Assembly (NCBI GenBank): GCA_963514005.1
Contig: OY740800.1
Span: 29,512,001 to 29,576,000, forward strand
Length of the DNA stretch: 64,000 bases
DNA from: Raja brachyura
Taxonomy: Eukaryota
Direction of reading: 5' to 3'
The position numbers and the translations under genes are program-made. The stretch's first letter is position 1; every line of letters starts with the position of its first letter. Shown one piece after another: positions 12,601-27,600 of the stretch. The notes under the pieces were generated by a model. That model was not told where the DNA came from. It ran no database searches and was given only the letters and a program-made list of their open reading frames with translations.

Positions 12601-15600
12601 TGCCAGAGAAAGTGGTAGAGCCAAGTACAATTATGGAATTTAAAATACATCTGTGTAGGAAGGAACTGCAGATGCTGGTTTAGACCAAAGGTGGACACAT
12701 TATGCTGGAGTAACTCAGCGGGACTCAGTCTGAAGAAGGGTCTCGACCCAAAACGTGACCCATTCCTTCTCTCTGGAGATGCTGCCTCTACCGCTGAGTT
12801 ACACCAGTGAGAAACCAGTGCAAGATTGTCCAAACTCTACTTAGAGCAAATACTTTTCAATCCAGACAATATCCTGGTGGCCATCTCCAAAATCTCCCAT
12901 TCTTCCTGTAGTGCAGTGACCAGAATTACACACATTTCTCCAAAAATGTTTTATACAGCTGCAGTACAACTCCAATAATCTATTAACTGAATATTTGGAA
13001 ATAGGATGGCACAATACTTTGCTCGCCAAGTATTGTTTCATAGCAGCTCTTGAAATTCTTCCAGCCTCTAGTTCCCACATTCTCCTGAAATTCATTAGTC
13101 TTGGTTCCCCTACTCTCCCGACACTCACCAGGATCCTGGTCACTGCATAACCTTTACACTTAATAATTTCACTGAAAGGTTATAATACTATGTAACATGA
13201 ATGATACATTCAAGTGTATTGGAGTAGTAATTGATTTGGCACTACCAGAGGTCCTAAGTGTGCCAGGTTAATGGAGTTTTAGTTCACAACAACCCGAGAC
13301 CATGCGATGGGGAGGGATTTTTCATTGAATTTAATGAGTTTAGAGATAGACGAAACATGGAGCAAGGTCAGCAAGCCAAAATAGTAACACTGAAGGTTCC
13401 ACAGCGACCAGAGTTGATGTTCTTAAGTCATAGGAGCAGAATTAGGCCATTTGGACCATCAAGTCGATTACGCCATTCAATCATGGCTGATCTATCTTTC
13501 CCTCTCAATCCCATTCTCCTTGTCTTCTCCCCATAACCCGTGATACCCTAACTAATCAAGAATTTCCGCCTTGAAAATACCCAATGACTTCACCTACACG
13601 GCCATCTATGGAAATGAATTCCACAGATTCACCACTTTCTGATTAAATAAATTCCTCCTCAGCTCCTTTCTGAGGGAACGTCCTTTTATTCTAAGGCTGT
13701 GCCCTCTGGTCCTAGACTCACACTATAGTGGAAATATCCTCTCCACATTCCCTCTATCCAGGCCTTTCACAATTCTGAAAAGCTTCAATGAGGTTCTCCC
13801 TCATCTTTCTAAACTCCAGTGAGTACAGGCCCAGTACGGTCAAACGCTCATCATACGTTAACCCATTCATCCCCGGGAGCATTCTAGTAAACTTCCTCTG
13901 GATCTTCTCCAATGCCAGCGCATCCTTCCTCAGATATGGGCCCCAAAACTGCTTACAATACTCCAGATATGGTCTGGCCAGTGCCTTATAAAGCTTCATC
14001 ATTACATTCCAGTTTTCATATTCTAGTTCTCTTGAAATTGTATTTGCCTTCCTTACTACCAATTCAACTTGCAAATTAACCTTTTGGGAATCCTGCCACC
14101 AGCATTCCCAAGTTTTTTTGCATCTCTGATTTCTGAATCCTTTCCCCATACTCAATACCAAATCCAGAATTGCCCTTTAGTCCAGTAGGCTTGACTACAA
14201 GCTGCTCGAAAAAAGTCACCTCGTAGGCACTCTACCAATTCCTTCTCTTGGGATCCAGTACCAACCTGATTTTCCCAGTCTGCCTGCATATTGAAATTAC
14301 CCATGACCTGGTTACTGTTTGGAGGCCTGTGTATAACTTGGCTACTGTTTGGAGGCCTGTGTATAACTCATAGTGTCAGTAGTCTATACACTGTAGACAG
14401 TGCTCACAGTTCACTGGATCAGTAGGGTCAGAGGTCGCAGTGCACTGGGTTCCGTGGTCACAGTTCATAGGGTCAGTGGTCCGTACACTGGGGCAGTACA
14501 AACAGTGGTCACTGTACACTGGGTCAGAGGTCACCATTCAGAGGGTCAGTTGTCTGTACACTGGGGTAGTGCTGACAGTGGTCAATGTACACAGGGTTGA
14601 TAACACATTATGATAGTTAGTGCAAAGAGGGGCCACACTGAATGCTGAGTTAGTGAAAAGCTCACACAGCTCACTACATTTGTGTGAATAGAGGACCCAG
14701 TGCATACTGGGCCAATGTGTTTGGGATAAATCTGTGAACTAGTCACCAGGGTCACCAGGGGTTCAGGATTCACTCTGTACACGGGGTCAGTGGGTCCAAG
14801 GGTCATTCTGTACATAGGGTCACTAGATACACTGTGGTGTTCTCGTTGGGGTCTAGATGTTGAGGTACAGAACTGAAAGGTGAATAAACAAAGTGTATTG
14901 GTTTATTATTGTCACATGTACTGAGACACAGTGATAAACTTGGCTTTGCATGCTATCCAGGCAAATCATACCATACACGAGTACACCAGGTAGTGTGCAA
15001 AGTGAGAAAGGAAACAGAGTACAGACAATAGTATTACAGCTACAGGGAAAGTGCAGAGAACAAAAACGCAAGGACAGTAAAGTGGTCAATGGAAGATCGG
15101 TAAATTCACCCTTAGCACGTGAGAGGTCCATTGATGACAGGGAATACCTGTGATAGGATGTCCAGTGTTGTCCAGGTGACACTAATGCCAGTGTTGCAGT
15201 CAAAGACAGGGCGACGAATGGGAAAAGCCAAGATTGATCCTGCTTCTTTCTCCATAGACGCTGCCTGATCTGCTGAATGTCACCAGCATCTACTGTTTCT
15301 ATTTTAGCAAAATCTAGTATTTCTGAGTAAATAAGAAATGCCAATTTATAATGAGGCTGAAAATCCGACTGCAGACAAACTTTACATTTTAGTTCAGTTT
15401 AATTTAGAGGCACAGCATGAAAACAGGCCCTTCAGCCCACTGAGACTGTACTGACCAGTAATCACCCATTAATAGTGCTATCCTAACACGAAGGACAATT
15501 TACAGAAGCTGATTAACCTCCAAACCTGAATGGAGGGATTGTAAATAAAGAACAAACAAGGGCAAAGGAGAGAAAATAAAGCATTGCTGGGATTGTGATG

Positions 15601-18600
15601 CAGAGCAGAGCAGTCCCTGGAAATATGAAAAGTGAAAACTAGGAGTAACTAGAAAATTAGGCATCTAAGGAGAGAAAATCTAAGCAATTGTTACAGGAGA
15701 CCTTGCATCAGCGTTGGCCAGCTCAGGCTCAGAGGCAGGTTATTTGAAAATGTAACTCTTAATTTGGTGATTTTCTTCCAGCTATGTTGACTTCCATTGG
15801 AAGAGTGCAGAAGGCTAAAGAGAGAAAGATCAGAGTAGGATGGAGCAAGAGGTCACTCTGTACACAGGGTGAAGTAGGGTCAGGCTTCACTAGGTCAGAG
15901 TGAAAGCAGACAGGGGTTTCTTAGCAGACAGGTTAAGCAATGTCCAGTGTTACATTGTACGGCCAATTGGGTCAGGGGCCAATAGACAATAGGTGCAGGA
16001 GTAGGCCATTCGGCCCATCGAGCCAGCACCGTCATTCAATGCGATCACGGCTGATCATCCCGTGATCATGGCTGATCAGGGGCCACTCTGTACATGGGCT
16101 CAGTGGGCTCAGGGGTCACTTTATACAGCTTCTGCTACTCTCTGTACACTGGGCACTAACTCACTTGTTTCCCTGCAATCTTCACAGCTGTAACGTGCCT
16201 ATCATAATCCTAAAACACAAACACATAGAAGGACGTCAAAGGTGGGAGTTGGTCTCGGTGATCTGCGGCTGTGATGAAGCAGACCCAGGGCTGGTGTTCA
16301 CACCGGGAAACCGGCAACCGGACCACGGGGGCACCGAGTGGCGACAGCACCGGCCCCAGGGGACAGGCCCCACCTGATGCCTGGGTTTGGACAGGAACCC
16401 CATCCGAGGCAAGGTTAGAGGTGACTGGGGGCCCTCAGGGAGGTCAGGGGTCACTCTCCTTCCAGGGCGAATGGGTTTACTATAGAATGTTGGTGGGATC
16501 GTGGGTGGGGTGGGTGTGATGGTGGGTCACTGCACACTGTTTTCATGTTGGGTTGCAAGCTACCCAAGCAGAATATGATGTGTGGTTCCTCCAGTCTCTG
16601 TGTGGCTTCACTCTGGTAATGGATGAGACCGAGGGTAGAAAGGCCGGAATGGGAATGGGAAGTGGAGTTAAGATGGATAGTAACCGAGAGATCCAGCAGG
16701 CCTTGGTAGACCGACGGCAAGTGCTTGGCGAAACATTCTCGCCAATGTGGAGCAGGCCACATCAATAGCATTGTATGCAGTAGATGGGGTTATAGAAGGT
16801 GCACGTGAATGCCTGTCTCACCAGGAAGGGCTGACAGGTCACCCTTTACACAGGGCCAGTGAGGACATGGGGTCAGTAATGATTATACACACGGCCATCG
16901 GTCACTGAACTGAGGGTCAAAGGTGTAAGAAGGAACTGCAGATGCTGGTTTACACCGACGATAGACACAAAATGCTGGAGTAACTCAGCGGGTCAAGCAA
17001 CATCTCTGGAGAAAAAGGAATAGGTGACCTTTTGGGTCCAGACCCTTCATCAGTCTGATTCGAAACGTCACCTACTTGTTTTCTCCAGAGATGCTGCCTA
17101 ACCTGCTGAGTGACTCCAGCATTTTGTGTCTATCTCAGGGTAAAGGGTTTGCATAAAGGCTGGTGTGGCCAGTATTCATTCTGTACAGAGGATTTGTGGG
17201 GTCAGGGGTAATTTTGTACGTGGGGCAGGATTAGGGATCACTCTGACCAAAGGGACAATGGGATCAGGGGTCACTCCGTACATATAGTCATTGGGGTTAG
17301 GGGTCACTCTGTACACGGGATCAGGTGTCTGTACACAGTGGGATCCTGCTATTCTCTGTACGTATGTACTAACTCACTTGTTTCGCTGCAAGCTTCATAG
17401 TTGTGACATTTCTACCATGCTCCTAGAACACAAACACATAGAAGGACATCAGAGGTGGGAGCCGGTCTCGGTGTTCTGCGGCTGTGATGAAGCAGACCCA
17501 GGGCTGGTGTTCACACCGGGAAACTGGCAACTGAACCACGGGGGCACCGAGTGACGACAGCACCGGCCCCGGGTGACAGGCCCCACCCGATGCCTGGGTT
17601 TGGACAGGAACCCTATCTGTGGCAAGGTGTTGGGTTGTAAGCTACCCAAGCAGAACATGAGGTGTGGTTCCTCCAATTTTGTCGGGCCTCACACTGGTAA
17701 TGGAGGAGGCCCAGGACAGACAGGTCGATATGGGAAAGGGAAGTAGAGTTAAAATGGATAGTAACCGAGAGACCGACTGCAAGTGTTCGGCGAACCAGTC
17801 TTGCCAATGTGGTGCTGGCCACATCATTGAATGCAGTAGATGGGCTGAACGCCTGTCTCAGCTAGAAGGACAGACAGGTCACGGAGGACAGGGCTCAGTA
17901 ATGTCTATACACAGGGTCAGCGGTCACTGAACAAAGAGTCAGAGGAATCAGATTGTCACTATGTAGTTTTCAGGACTCACTCTAACAGTATGGTCAAAGG
18001 CAACGGGGTCAAACTGTACACAGGGTCAAAGGCGTAAGAAGGAACTGCAGATGCTGGTTCACACCGATGATAGACATAACATTTTGGAGTAACTCAGCGG
18101 GACAGGAAGCATCTCTGGAGAAAAGGAATAGGTGATGTCTCATGTTGAGACCCATCATCAGTCTGACCCGAAACATCACCTACACGTTTTCTCCAGAGAT
18201 GCTGCCTGATCTGCTGAGTTACTCCAGCACTTTGTGTCTATCACAGGGTGAAAGGGTTCCGAGGCCCCTTTGCACAAAGGCTGGTGTGGCCAGTGTTCAT
18301 TCTGTACAAAGGATTATACATTCTGTACGTAGTGGGGCCAGGGATGATTTTTGTGCATGGGGGCAAGAATGGGGATCACTCTGACCAAATGGTCAGCAGA
18401 GTCAGGGGTCACTCCTTACACAAGGTCAGTCGGGTCAGGTGTCTCTGTAAACGGTGGGTTCCTGACACTCTGTACGCGGGGTACTAACTCACTTGTTTCA
18501 CTGCAAGCTTCATAGCTTGTGACACTTCTACCATAATCCTAAAACAAACACACAGAAGGACGTCAGAGGTGGGAGTCGGTCTTGGGGATCTGCAGCTGTG

Positions 18601-21600
18601 ATGAAGCAGGCCGAGGTCTGGTGTTCACAACGGGAAACTGGCAACTGGACCACATGGGGCACCCGGTGACAACAGCACCGGCCCGGGGGGACAAACCCCA
18701 CCTGATGCCTGGGTATGGACAGGAACCCATTCCGTGGCAAGGTTAGAGGCGACTGGGGACCCCTGCTGAGGGGTCAGGGGTCACTCTGTGCACATGGTGA
18801 ATAGCGTCAAGAGTCACAATACACAGGAACTGGGTGAGAAGGGTCAAAGGCCATCCAGCACAGTGTCAGTGGGAAAAGAGGGTGAATGGGATCTATGTCA
18901 CCTAATAAATAGGGTTTGTGGGGAAACGGGGTGTCTCTCTGTAGCCAGTGTGAGAATAGACAGGGATTATTAGTGGATAGGGGGAGTAGGGTGTTTTTGG
19001 ATTAGCGTGTACACGTAGTTAATGGGGTCAGGGTCACTCTGTAAACAGGGTGAGTGGGCTCAGAGGTGAATCTGTAAACAGGATAATAAGGTCATGGGTG
19101 AACCTGTACACAGGGAGATGAGGCCGGCAGTGAATTTGAACAGTGACGGAGCCAGGGCTGCAACTGTACACAAGGTGATGGGGTCAGGGGCATATCCGTA
19201 CTCAGGTTGAGTGGGGGTCAGGGGTCACCATGTTCACAGGGTGAGTGCGGTCAGGGGTCACCGTGTTCACAGGGTGAGTGGGGTCAGGGGTCACCGTGTT
19301 CACACGGTGAGCGGGATCAGGGGTCACTGTGTTCTCTGCACCTTCTTTAAGCCCCTGTCCCACTTTCCCGAGTTACTCACGAACTCTCCCGAGTTTTCCC
19401 CTTGATTCGAACTCGGGGAATGTCGGGTAATGTCGGTAGCGAGCTCGTAGGAACCCGATGGAGTCCGTAGATGTTTCATAGCGGCTTGTAATGCCAGCCG
19501 TAGGAACTCGGGGAATCAGGTAAGTCGGGATGTTTTTTCAACGTGTTGAAAAATGTCCATGAGTTAAAAGAAATAGCCCCGACTACCTACGAGCGGCTAT
19601 TACCATAATTCTCCGAGTTCGAATCAAGGTGAAAACTCAGGAGAGTTCGTGAGTAACTCGGGAAAGTGGAACAAGGCCTTAAAACTTTGCCCCCTGCACC
19701 TTACAGGTATGCTTTCTAGTTTGTTGATATTTCTACACTTGGAGAAAAAAGTTTTGCCTACATTATTTATTCCTCAGTTATAAGGAAAAAGTGCTTTCCC
19801 TGGAGTTTTGGAGTCTGATGGATGACCTGATATAAGTATACAAAATTATGAGCGGAGTGGAATAGATAGGATTGATAGAAAAATCTTTTTCCCATGGTAG
19901 CGGTGTCTGAGATTTGAGGGAATGGGTTTAAAGTGAGAGGGTTAGAAAGAACTGAAAGGGAATTATTTCATAAAGAATGTGAACCTGGAATGTGCTGCAC
20001 GAGGCAGTGGTGGAAGCAGAGACATCACAGCATTTAAAAAGCATCTAGACATGCCCTTGCATCGCACAGGCAGAGGAGTCTGAGGTCCATATGCAGGTAA
20101 ATGGGATTAGTATAGTTGGGTTCGATGATGGCATGGCCGTGGTGGGCCAAAGGGCCTGTTTCTAGTGCTGTTCACAGAGTCAGTTAGGACAAGGGTCCTT
20201 CTGCACATGGGATCAAGGGTCACTCTGCGCATAGAATAGTGGGGTCAGGGGTTACTCTGTACACAGTGGGTTCCTCCTACTCTCTGTACACAGGGTACTA
20301 ACTCACTTGTTTCCCTGCAATCTTCATAGCTGTAACACGTCTATCATAATCCTAAAACACAAACACACAGGACGTCAGAGGTGGGATCTGCGGCAGCAAT
20401 GAACCAGTAACCCCATCCAAGGCAAGGTTAGAGGTGACGTGGGCCCTCCATTAGGAGTCGCTCTCCTCACTGGGCATGTGAGGTCAGGGATCATTCCGAG
20501 TGGTGTCAGCGGTGATTGTAGGCAAGTGGGTGGGGTCAGGGGTCACTGCACAAGGTGCATGGGGTCACTCTACACATTGAGTGAGGTCAACGGTCACTCT
20601 GTATAGAAGGTGAGTGGGGTCAAGGGTCACTCTGTATACAAGACGAGTGGGGTCAGGGGTTGCTGTGTTTACCGGGTGAGCGGAGTCACCGGTCACTGTG
20701 TTAACAGGGTGAGAGGGGTCAGGGGTCACCATATTCACAAGGTGAATGGAGTCAGGGGACACTGTACCACAAAGATCCTATAGCAAGCAAGATAGTCTAC
20801 TTGACGAAAAAGACGTAGTACGGTCATGGGCAGATTCATGGGTAATTTAAGGCCCCATTTCCGTAACCGGCTTCCGTCTCCGCACCAAAGATCCCATAGG
20901 ATACTAGTGCGGAGACGGAAGCCGGTTACAGAAACAACCTCGTAAAAATAAAAGTGAATTGGTAAAAATCTTCTGCTCATTTTCAGAATTTTAATTTGTT
21001 AACACAAACTGTTCCCCGCAACGTTGATTACACTGCGAGTCGGGTCGGGTCGGGTCCGGTTACGGAAATGGATGAAAAAAAGGCCCACTTTCCATTCCAT
21101 TGAATACTACACGTCAGCCCATTGCATTTAGCAGGAGTGGTCTATCTTGCTCTGATCTTTGCCGTACAATGGGTGAGTGGGGTCAGGGGTCACCGGCTTC
21201 ATAGAGTGAGTGGGGTTGTCATTCTCGCTACCTGAACTAACTCACATTTCTCTGTGCCGGGTGGGTCATTGGCTCACGTCCTAAATTATCCTAAAACACA
21301 GAAACATAGCGATAAACTCATCAACAATCTGCAGGTCTGCTCCCGATGTAAATCTGAGATGCCCACGGTGCCTGGGATGGTTACTTGGATGGGTGTGAGC
21401 GGTATGAAGGGTCAGTTTGTACTCAGGGTCATGGTCAGCGGTCAATCTGTATGCACTTTATGGAGGGGGGGGGGTCACTCTGTTCACAGGTTCAATTGCA
21501 TCAAGATCAGTCAGTACATGGGGTCATTGGGTGACTTGGTGTTTTTGTGGAGAGGGAGGTGGGTTGTCTGAGACTACAACATGGTATGGATCAGGTGGAC

Positions 21601-24600
21601 GCCTGGATGGAGCAACGGTAGATGGGTATTTAATCCTGACAATTGTGAGGCGGGGCACAAGAGCAGTGGGGTCAGGAGTTACTCTGTACACAGTGGGTTC
21701 CTCCTACTCTCTGTACAATGGGTACAAACTCACTTGTTTCCCTGCAATCTTCATAGCTGTAACACGTCTGTCATAATCCTTAAACACAAACACACAGGAA
21801 GTCAGAGGTAGAATCTGCGGCTGCAATGAAGCAGGAACCCCATCTAAGGCAAGGTTAGAGGTGACGGGGGGGATCACACTGTACACAGTGAGTCATGGTG
21901 GCTCTGTACACATGGGGAGTGGTGTCAGCGGTGACTGCAGACAAGTGGGTGGGGTCATATGGGGTCGCTCTGTACACATTGAGTGAGGTCAAGGGTCACT
22001 GCAATGAGCGTGAGAGGGGTCAAGGATCACTATACAAGGCGAGAGGGGTAAAGGGTCACACTGTGACAAGGGTGCGTGGGGTCAAGGGTTACTCTGCATA
22101 CAAGGTGAGTGGGGTCAGGGGTCACCGTGTTCACAGGGTGAGTGGGGTCAGGAGTCACCATGTTTTCAAGGGTGAATGGGGTTGTCATTTCCTCTACCTG
22201 AACTAACTCACATGGTCTCTCTGCCGGGTGGGTCATTGGCTCACCTCCTAAATTATCCCAACACATAGAAACACAGCGATAAACTCATCCACAATCTGCA
22301 GGTCCGCTCCCAATGTAAATCTGAACTGCCCACGGTGCCTGGGATGGTTCCATGCACTGGATGTGAGGGGTATAAACATCAACCTGACATCATCATCCTT
22401 TATGCAAGGTAAAAAGGTGTAATAGGTCATTGTACTCGGGGTCAGTGGGATCAAGGGTCAGTCTGTACACAGGGTCGTTGTCAGGGGTCAATCTGTATGC
22501 ACGTTATGGGGCGGTGGGGTCACCCTGTTCACAGATTCACTTGGATCAGGGTCAGTTAGTACATGGGGTCAATGGGTGACTTGGTGTTTTTGTGGAGAGG
22601 GAGGTGGGTTGTCTGAGACGACAACATGGTATGGATCAGGTGGACGCCTGGATGGAGCAACGGTAGATGGGTATTTAATCCTGACAATTGTGAGGCGGGG
22701 CACAAGAGCAGTGGGGTCAGGAGTTACTCTGTACACAGTGGGTTCCTCCTACTCTCTGTACAATGGGTACAAACTCACTTGTTTCCCTGCAATCTTCATA
22801 GCTGTAACACGTCTGTCATAATCCTTAAACACAAACACACAGGAAGTCAGAGGTAGAATCTGCGGCTGCAATGAAGCAGGAACCCCATCTAAGGCAAGGT
22901 TAGAGGTGATGGGGGGCTTCTGTTAGGAGTCACTCTCCTCACAGGATGATCAGCCATGATCACATGGAATGTCAGTGCTGGCTTCATAGGCCATATGGCC
23001 TACTCCTGCACCTAATGCCCATTGTATGTGGGGTCAGGGATCATGCTGTACACAGTGAGGCAGGGTGGCTCTGTACACATGGGGAGTGGCGTCAGCGGTG
23101 ACTGTGGACAAGTGGGTGGGGTCAGGGGTCACTCTTTATACAATGAGTGGTGTCAAAGGCCACACTGTGACGAGGATGAGTGGGGTCAATGGTCACCCTG
23201 TTCACAGGGTGAGTGGGGTCAGGGGTCACTGTGTTTACAAGGTGAGTGGGGTTGTCGTTCCCTCTACCTCAACTAACTCACATGTCTCTCTGCCGGTTGG
23301 GTCATTGGCTCACGTCCTAAGTTATCCTAAAACACAAAACACAGCGATAAACTCATCAACAATCTGGAGGTCGGCTCCCGACAGAAATTTGAGCTGTCCA
23401 CGGTGCCTGGGATGGTTCCCTGCACTGGGAGTGAGGGGTATGAACATCAACCTGACATCATCATCCTCTATACAAGGTAAAATGGTGCAACGGGTCATTG
23501 TACTCAGGGTCAGTGGGGTCAAGGGTCAGTCTGTACATGGAGTCGTGGTCAGGGGTCAACCTGAATGCACGTTATGTGGGGGGGGGGGGGGGGGGGAGGG
23601 GTCACTCTGTACACAGGTTTAGTTGGATCAAGGTCAGTCAGTACATGGGGTCAATGGGTGACTTGGTGTTTTTGTGGAGAGGGAGGTGGGTTGTCTGAGA
23701 CTACAACATGGTATGGATCAGGTGGAAGGCTGAATGGAGCAACTGTAGATGGGTATTTAATCCTGACAATTGTGAGGCAGTGCACTTTCCAAGGGCAATC
23801 AAGGGTAAGGTGGACACAGTAAACGTTAGATGCCTAGAGTGTTGATGAACAGAGGGACCTTTGGGTAGAGGCCCACTGATCCCTGGAACTGGCAGCACAA
23901 GTGGAGAGGGTGGTGAAGAAGGCATCTGGGATGCTTGTCTTCACTGGTCAGGGCAGAGAATATAAGAGCAGGGACATGGTGTTACAGCTTTATAAAACAC
24001 TGGTTAGGCCTCACCTCGTGTATTGCGAGCAGGTCTGGTCACCACATGATAGGACAGGACTGATTACACTGGGGAACACGATATTGAATGGTTTGGAGCA
24101 TTTCATAGAACAGTACAGAACAGGAACAAGCCTATTGGTCCAGGATGTCTGTGCAGAACATGATTCCAAGATCTGCCTACACATGATCCATAATCCTCTG
24201 TTCAAATGCCACAATCATAAATGCCTCCACCACCAGGCTGGCATTTATTCCTCAGTTATAAGGAGAAAGTGGATAGGCAGAATTGGCTTACCCTGGAGTT
24301 TTGGAGTCTAATGGATGACCTGATAGAAGTATACAAAATTATGAGCGGAGTGGAAGAGATAGGATGGATGGTAAAAATCTTTTCCCCCATGCTTAATTGG
24401 CATTGGGAAAAATAATTGACATGGCCGTGGTAGGCCAAAGGGCCTGTTTCTAGTGCTGTACGACTGTTCACAGAGTCAGTCAGGGCAAGGGTCACTCTGT
24501 ACATGTGGTCAAGGGTCACTCCGCGCACAAGAGCAGTGGGGTCAGGGGTTACTGCGCACACAGTCGGCTCCTCCTACTCTCTGTACACAGGGTACTAACT

Positions 24601-27600
24601 CACTTGTTTCCCTGCAATCTTCATAGCTGTAACACGTCTGGCACAATCCTAAAACACAAACACACAGGACGTCAGAGGTGGGATCTGCAGCAGCGATGAA
24701 GTAGGAACCCCATCCAAGGCAAGGTTTGAGGTGACGGGGGGGGGGGGGGGGGGGGCCTCTGTTAGGAGCCACTCTCTTCACAGGATATGTGGGGTCAGGG
24801 ATCAGCCAGGACAAGGGTCTCTCTGTACATGGGGTCAAGGGTCACTACGCGCACAAGAGCAGTGGGGTCAGGGGTTACTGCGCACACAGTCGGTTCCTCC
24901 TACTCTCCTACAAGGTGTGGGGTCAGGGGTCACCGTGTTCACAGGGTAAGTGGGGTCAGGAGTCACCATGTTTTCAAGGGTGAGTGGGGTTGTCATTTCC
25001 TCTACCTGAACCAACTCACATGGTCTCTCTGCCGGGTGGGTCATTGGCTCACCTCCTAAATTATCCCAACACACAGAAACACAGCGATAAACTCATCCAC
25101 AATCTGCAGGTCCGCTCCCAATGTAAATCTGAACTGCCCACGGTGCCTGGGATGGTTCCATGCACTGGATGTGAGGGGTATAAACATCAACCTGACATCA
25201 TCATCCTTTATGCAAGGTAAAAAGGTGTAATAGGTCATTGTACTCGGGGTCAGTGGGATCAAGGGTCAGTCTGTACACAGGGTCGTTGTCAGGGGTCAAT
25301 CTGTATGCACGTTATGGGGCGGTGGGGTCACCCTGTTCACAGATTCACTTGGATCAGGGTCAGTTAGTACATGGGGTCAATGGGTGACTTGGTGTTTTTG
25401 TGGAGAGGGAGGTGGGTCGTCTGAGACTACAACATGGTATGAATCAGGTGGAAGGCTGAATGGATCAGCTGTAGATGGTATTTAGACCTGACAATTGTTA
25501 GGCAGTGCACTTTCCAAGGGCAGTCAAGGGTAAGGTGGACACAGTAAATGGTAGAGCTCTAGAGTGTTGATGGAGAGAGGGACCTTTGGGTAGAGGCCCA
25601 CTGATCCCTGGAAATGGCAGCATAAGTGGAGAGGGTGGTGAAGAAGGCATCTGGGATGCTTGTCTGGAAGGGTCACTCTGTACACAAGGCGAGTGGGGTC
25701 ACTGTGTTCATAGGGTTGACGCTCCCTGTCCCTGAACTAACTCACTGGTTTCTCTGCCGGCCTGGTTACTGCCTCACGTCTTAAATGATCCTAAAACACA
25801 GAAACACAGAGACAAATCCATCAGCAATCTCCAGCGCTGCTCTCGATGTAAATCCGAATTGACCACAGTGCCTGGGATCGCTCCCTGCACTGGGTCCTGG
25901 GGGAACGGACATCAACCTGACATCGTCATCCTTTATACAGGATGGGCCAGAGATTACAGAACACAGTGTCAGCGAGGTCGGGGTTCTCTTTATACATAGG
26001 GTTACTGGGGTCAGGGTTCACTGCAGGTGGTCACTCAGGTCAGGGTTTCACTCTTTCCGCAGGGTTCATGGATCTGGGGTCACGACACATAGGGTTGCTG
26101 GGATCAGGGATCACTATGAACATACCTATGCACACAGGCGGTTCCTTCTACTCTCTGTACACAGGGTACTAACTCACTTGTTTCCCTGCAATCTTCATAG
26201 CTGTAACACGTCTGTCATAATCCTAAAACACAAACACACAGGACGTCAGAGGTGGGATCTGTGGCAGCGATGAAGTAGGAACCCCATCTAAGGCAAGGTT
26301 TGAGTTGACGGGGGGGGGCCTCTGTTAGGAGTCACTCTCCTCACAGGATATGTGGGGTCAGGGATCACACTGTACACAGTGAGTCATGGTGGCTCTGTAC
26401 ACATGGGGAGTGGTGTCAGCGGTGACTGCAGACATGTGGGTGGGGTCATATGGGGTCGCTCTGTACACATTGAGTGAGGTCAAGGGTCACTGCAATGAGC
26501 GTGAGAGGGGTCAAGGATCACTATACAAGGCGAGAAGGGTAAAGGGTCACACTGTGACAAGGGTGAGTGGGGTCAAGGGTTACTCTGCATACAAGGTGAG
26601 TGGGGTCAGGGGTCACCGTGTTCACAGGGTGAGTGGGGTCAGGAGTCACCATGTTTTCAAGGGTGAATGGGGTTGTCATTTCCTCTACCTGAACTACCTC
26701 CCATGGTCTCTCTGCCGGGTGGCTCATTGGCTCACCTCCTAAATTATCCCAACACACAGAAACACAGCGATAAACTCATCCACAATCTGCAGGTCCGCTC
26801 CCAATGTAAATCTGAACTGCCCACGGTGCCTGGGATGGTTCCATGCACTGGATGTGAGGGGTATAAACATCAACCTGACATCATCATCCTTTATGCAAGG
26901 TAAAAAGGTGTAATAGGTCATTGTACTCGGGGTCAGTGGGATCAAGGGTCAGTCTGTACACAGGGTCGTTGTCAGGGGTCAATCTGTATGCACGTTATGG
27001 GGCGGTGGGGTCACCCTGTTCACAGATTCACTTGGATCAGGGTCAGTTAGTACATGGGGTCAATGGGTGACTTGGTGTTTTTGTGGAGAGGGAGGTGGGT
27101 CGTCTGAGACTACAACATGGTATGAATCAGGTGGAAGGCTGAATGGATCAGCTGTAGATGGTATTTAGACCTGACAATTGTTAGGCAGTGCACTTTCCAA
27201 GGGCAGTCAAGGGTAAGGTGGACACAGTAAATGGTAGAGCTCTAGAGTGTTGATGGAGAGAGGGACCTTTGGGTAGAGGCCCACTGATCCCTGGAAATGG
27301 CAGCATAAGTGGAGAGGGTGGTGAAGAAGGCATCTGGGATGCTTGTCTGGAAGGGTCACTCTGTACACAAGGCGAGTGGGGTCACTGTGTTCATAGGGTT
27401 GACGCTCCCTGTCCCTGAACTAACTCACTGGTTTCTCTGCCGGCCTGGTTACTGCCTCACGTCTTAAATGATCCTAAAACACAGAAACACAGAGACAAAT
27501 CCATCAGCAATCTCCAGCGCTGCTCTCGATGTAAATCCGAATTGACCACAGTGCCTGGGATCGCTCCCTGCACTGGGTCCTGGGGGAACGGACATCAACC

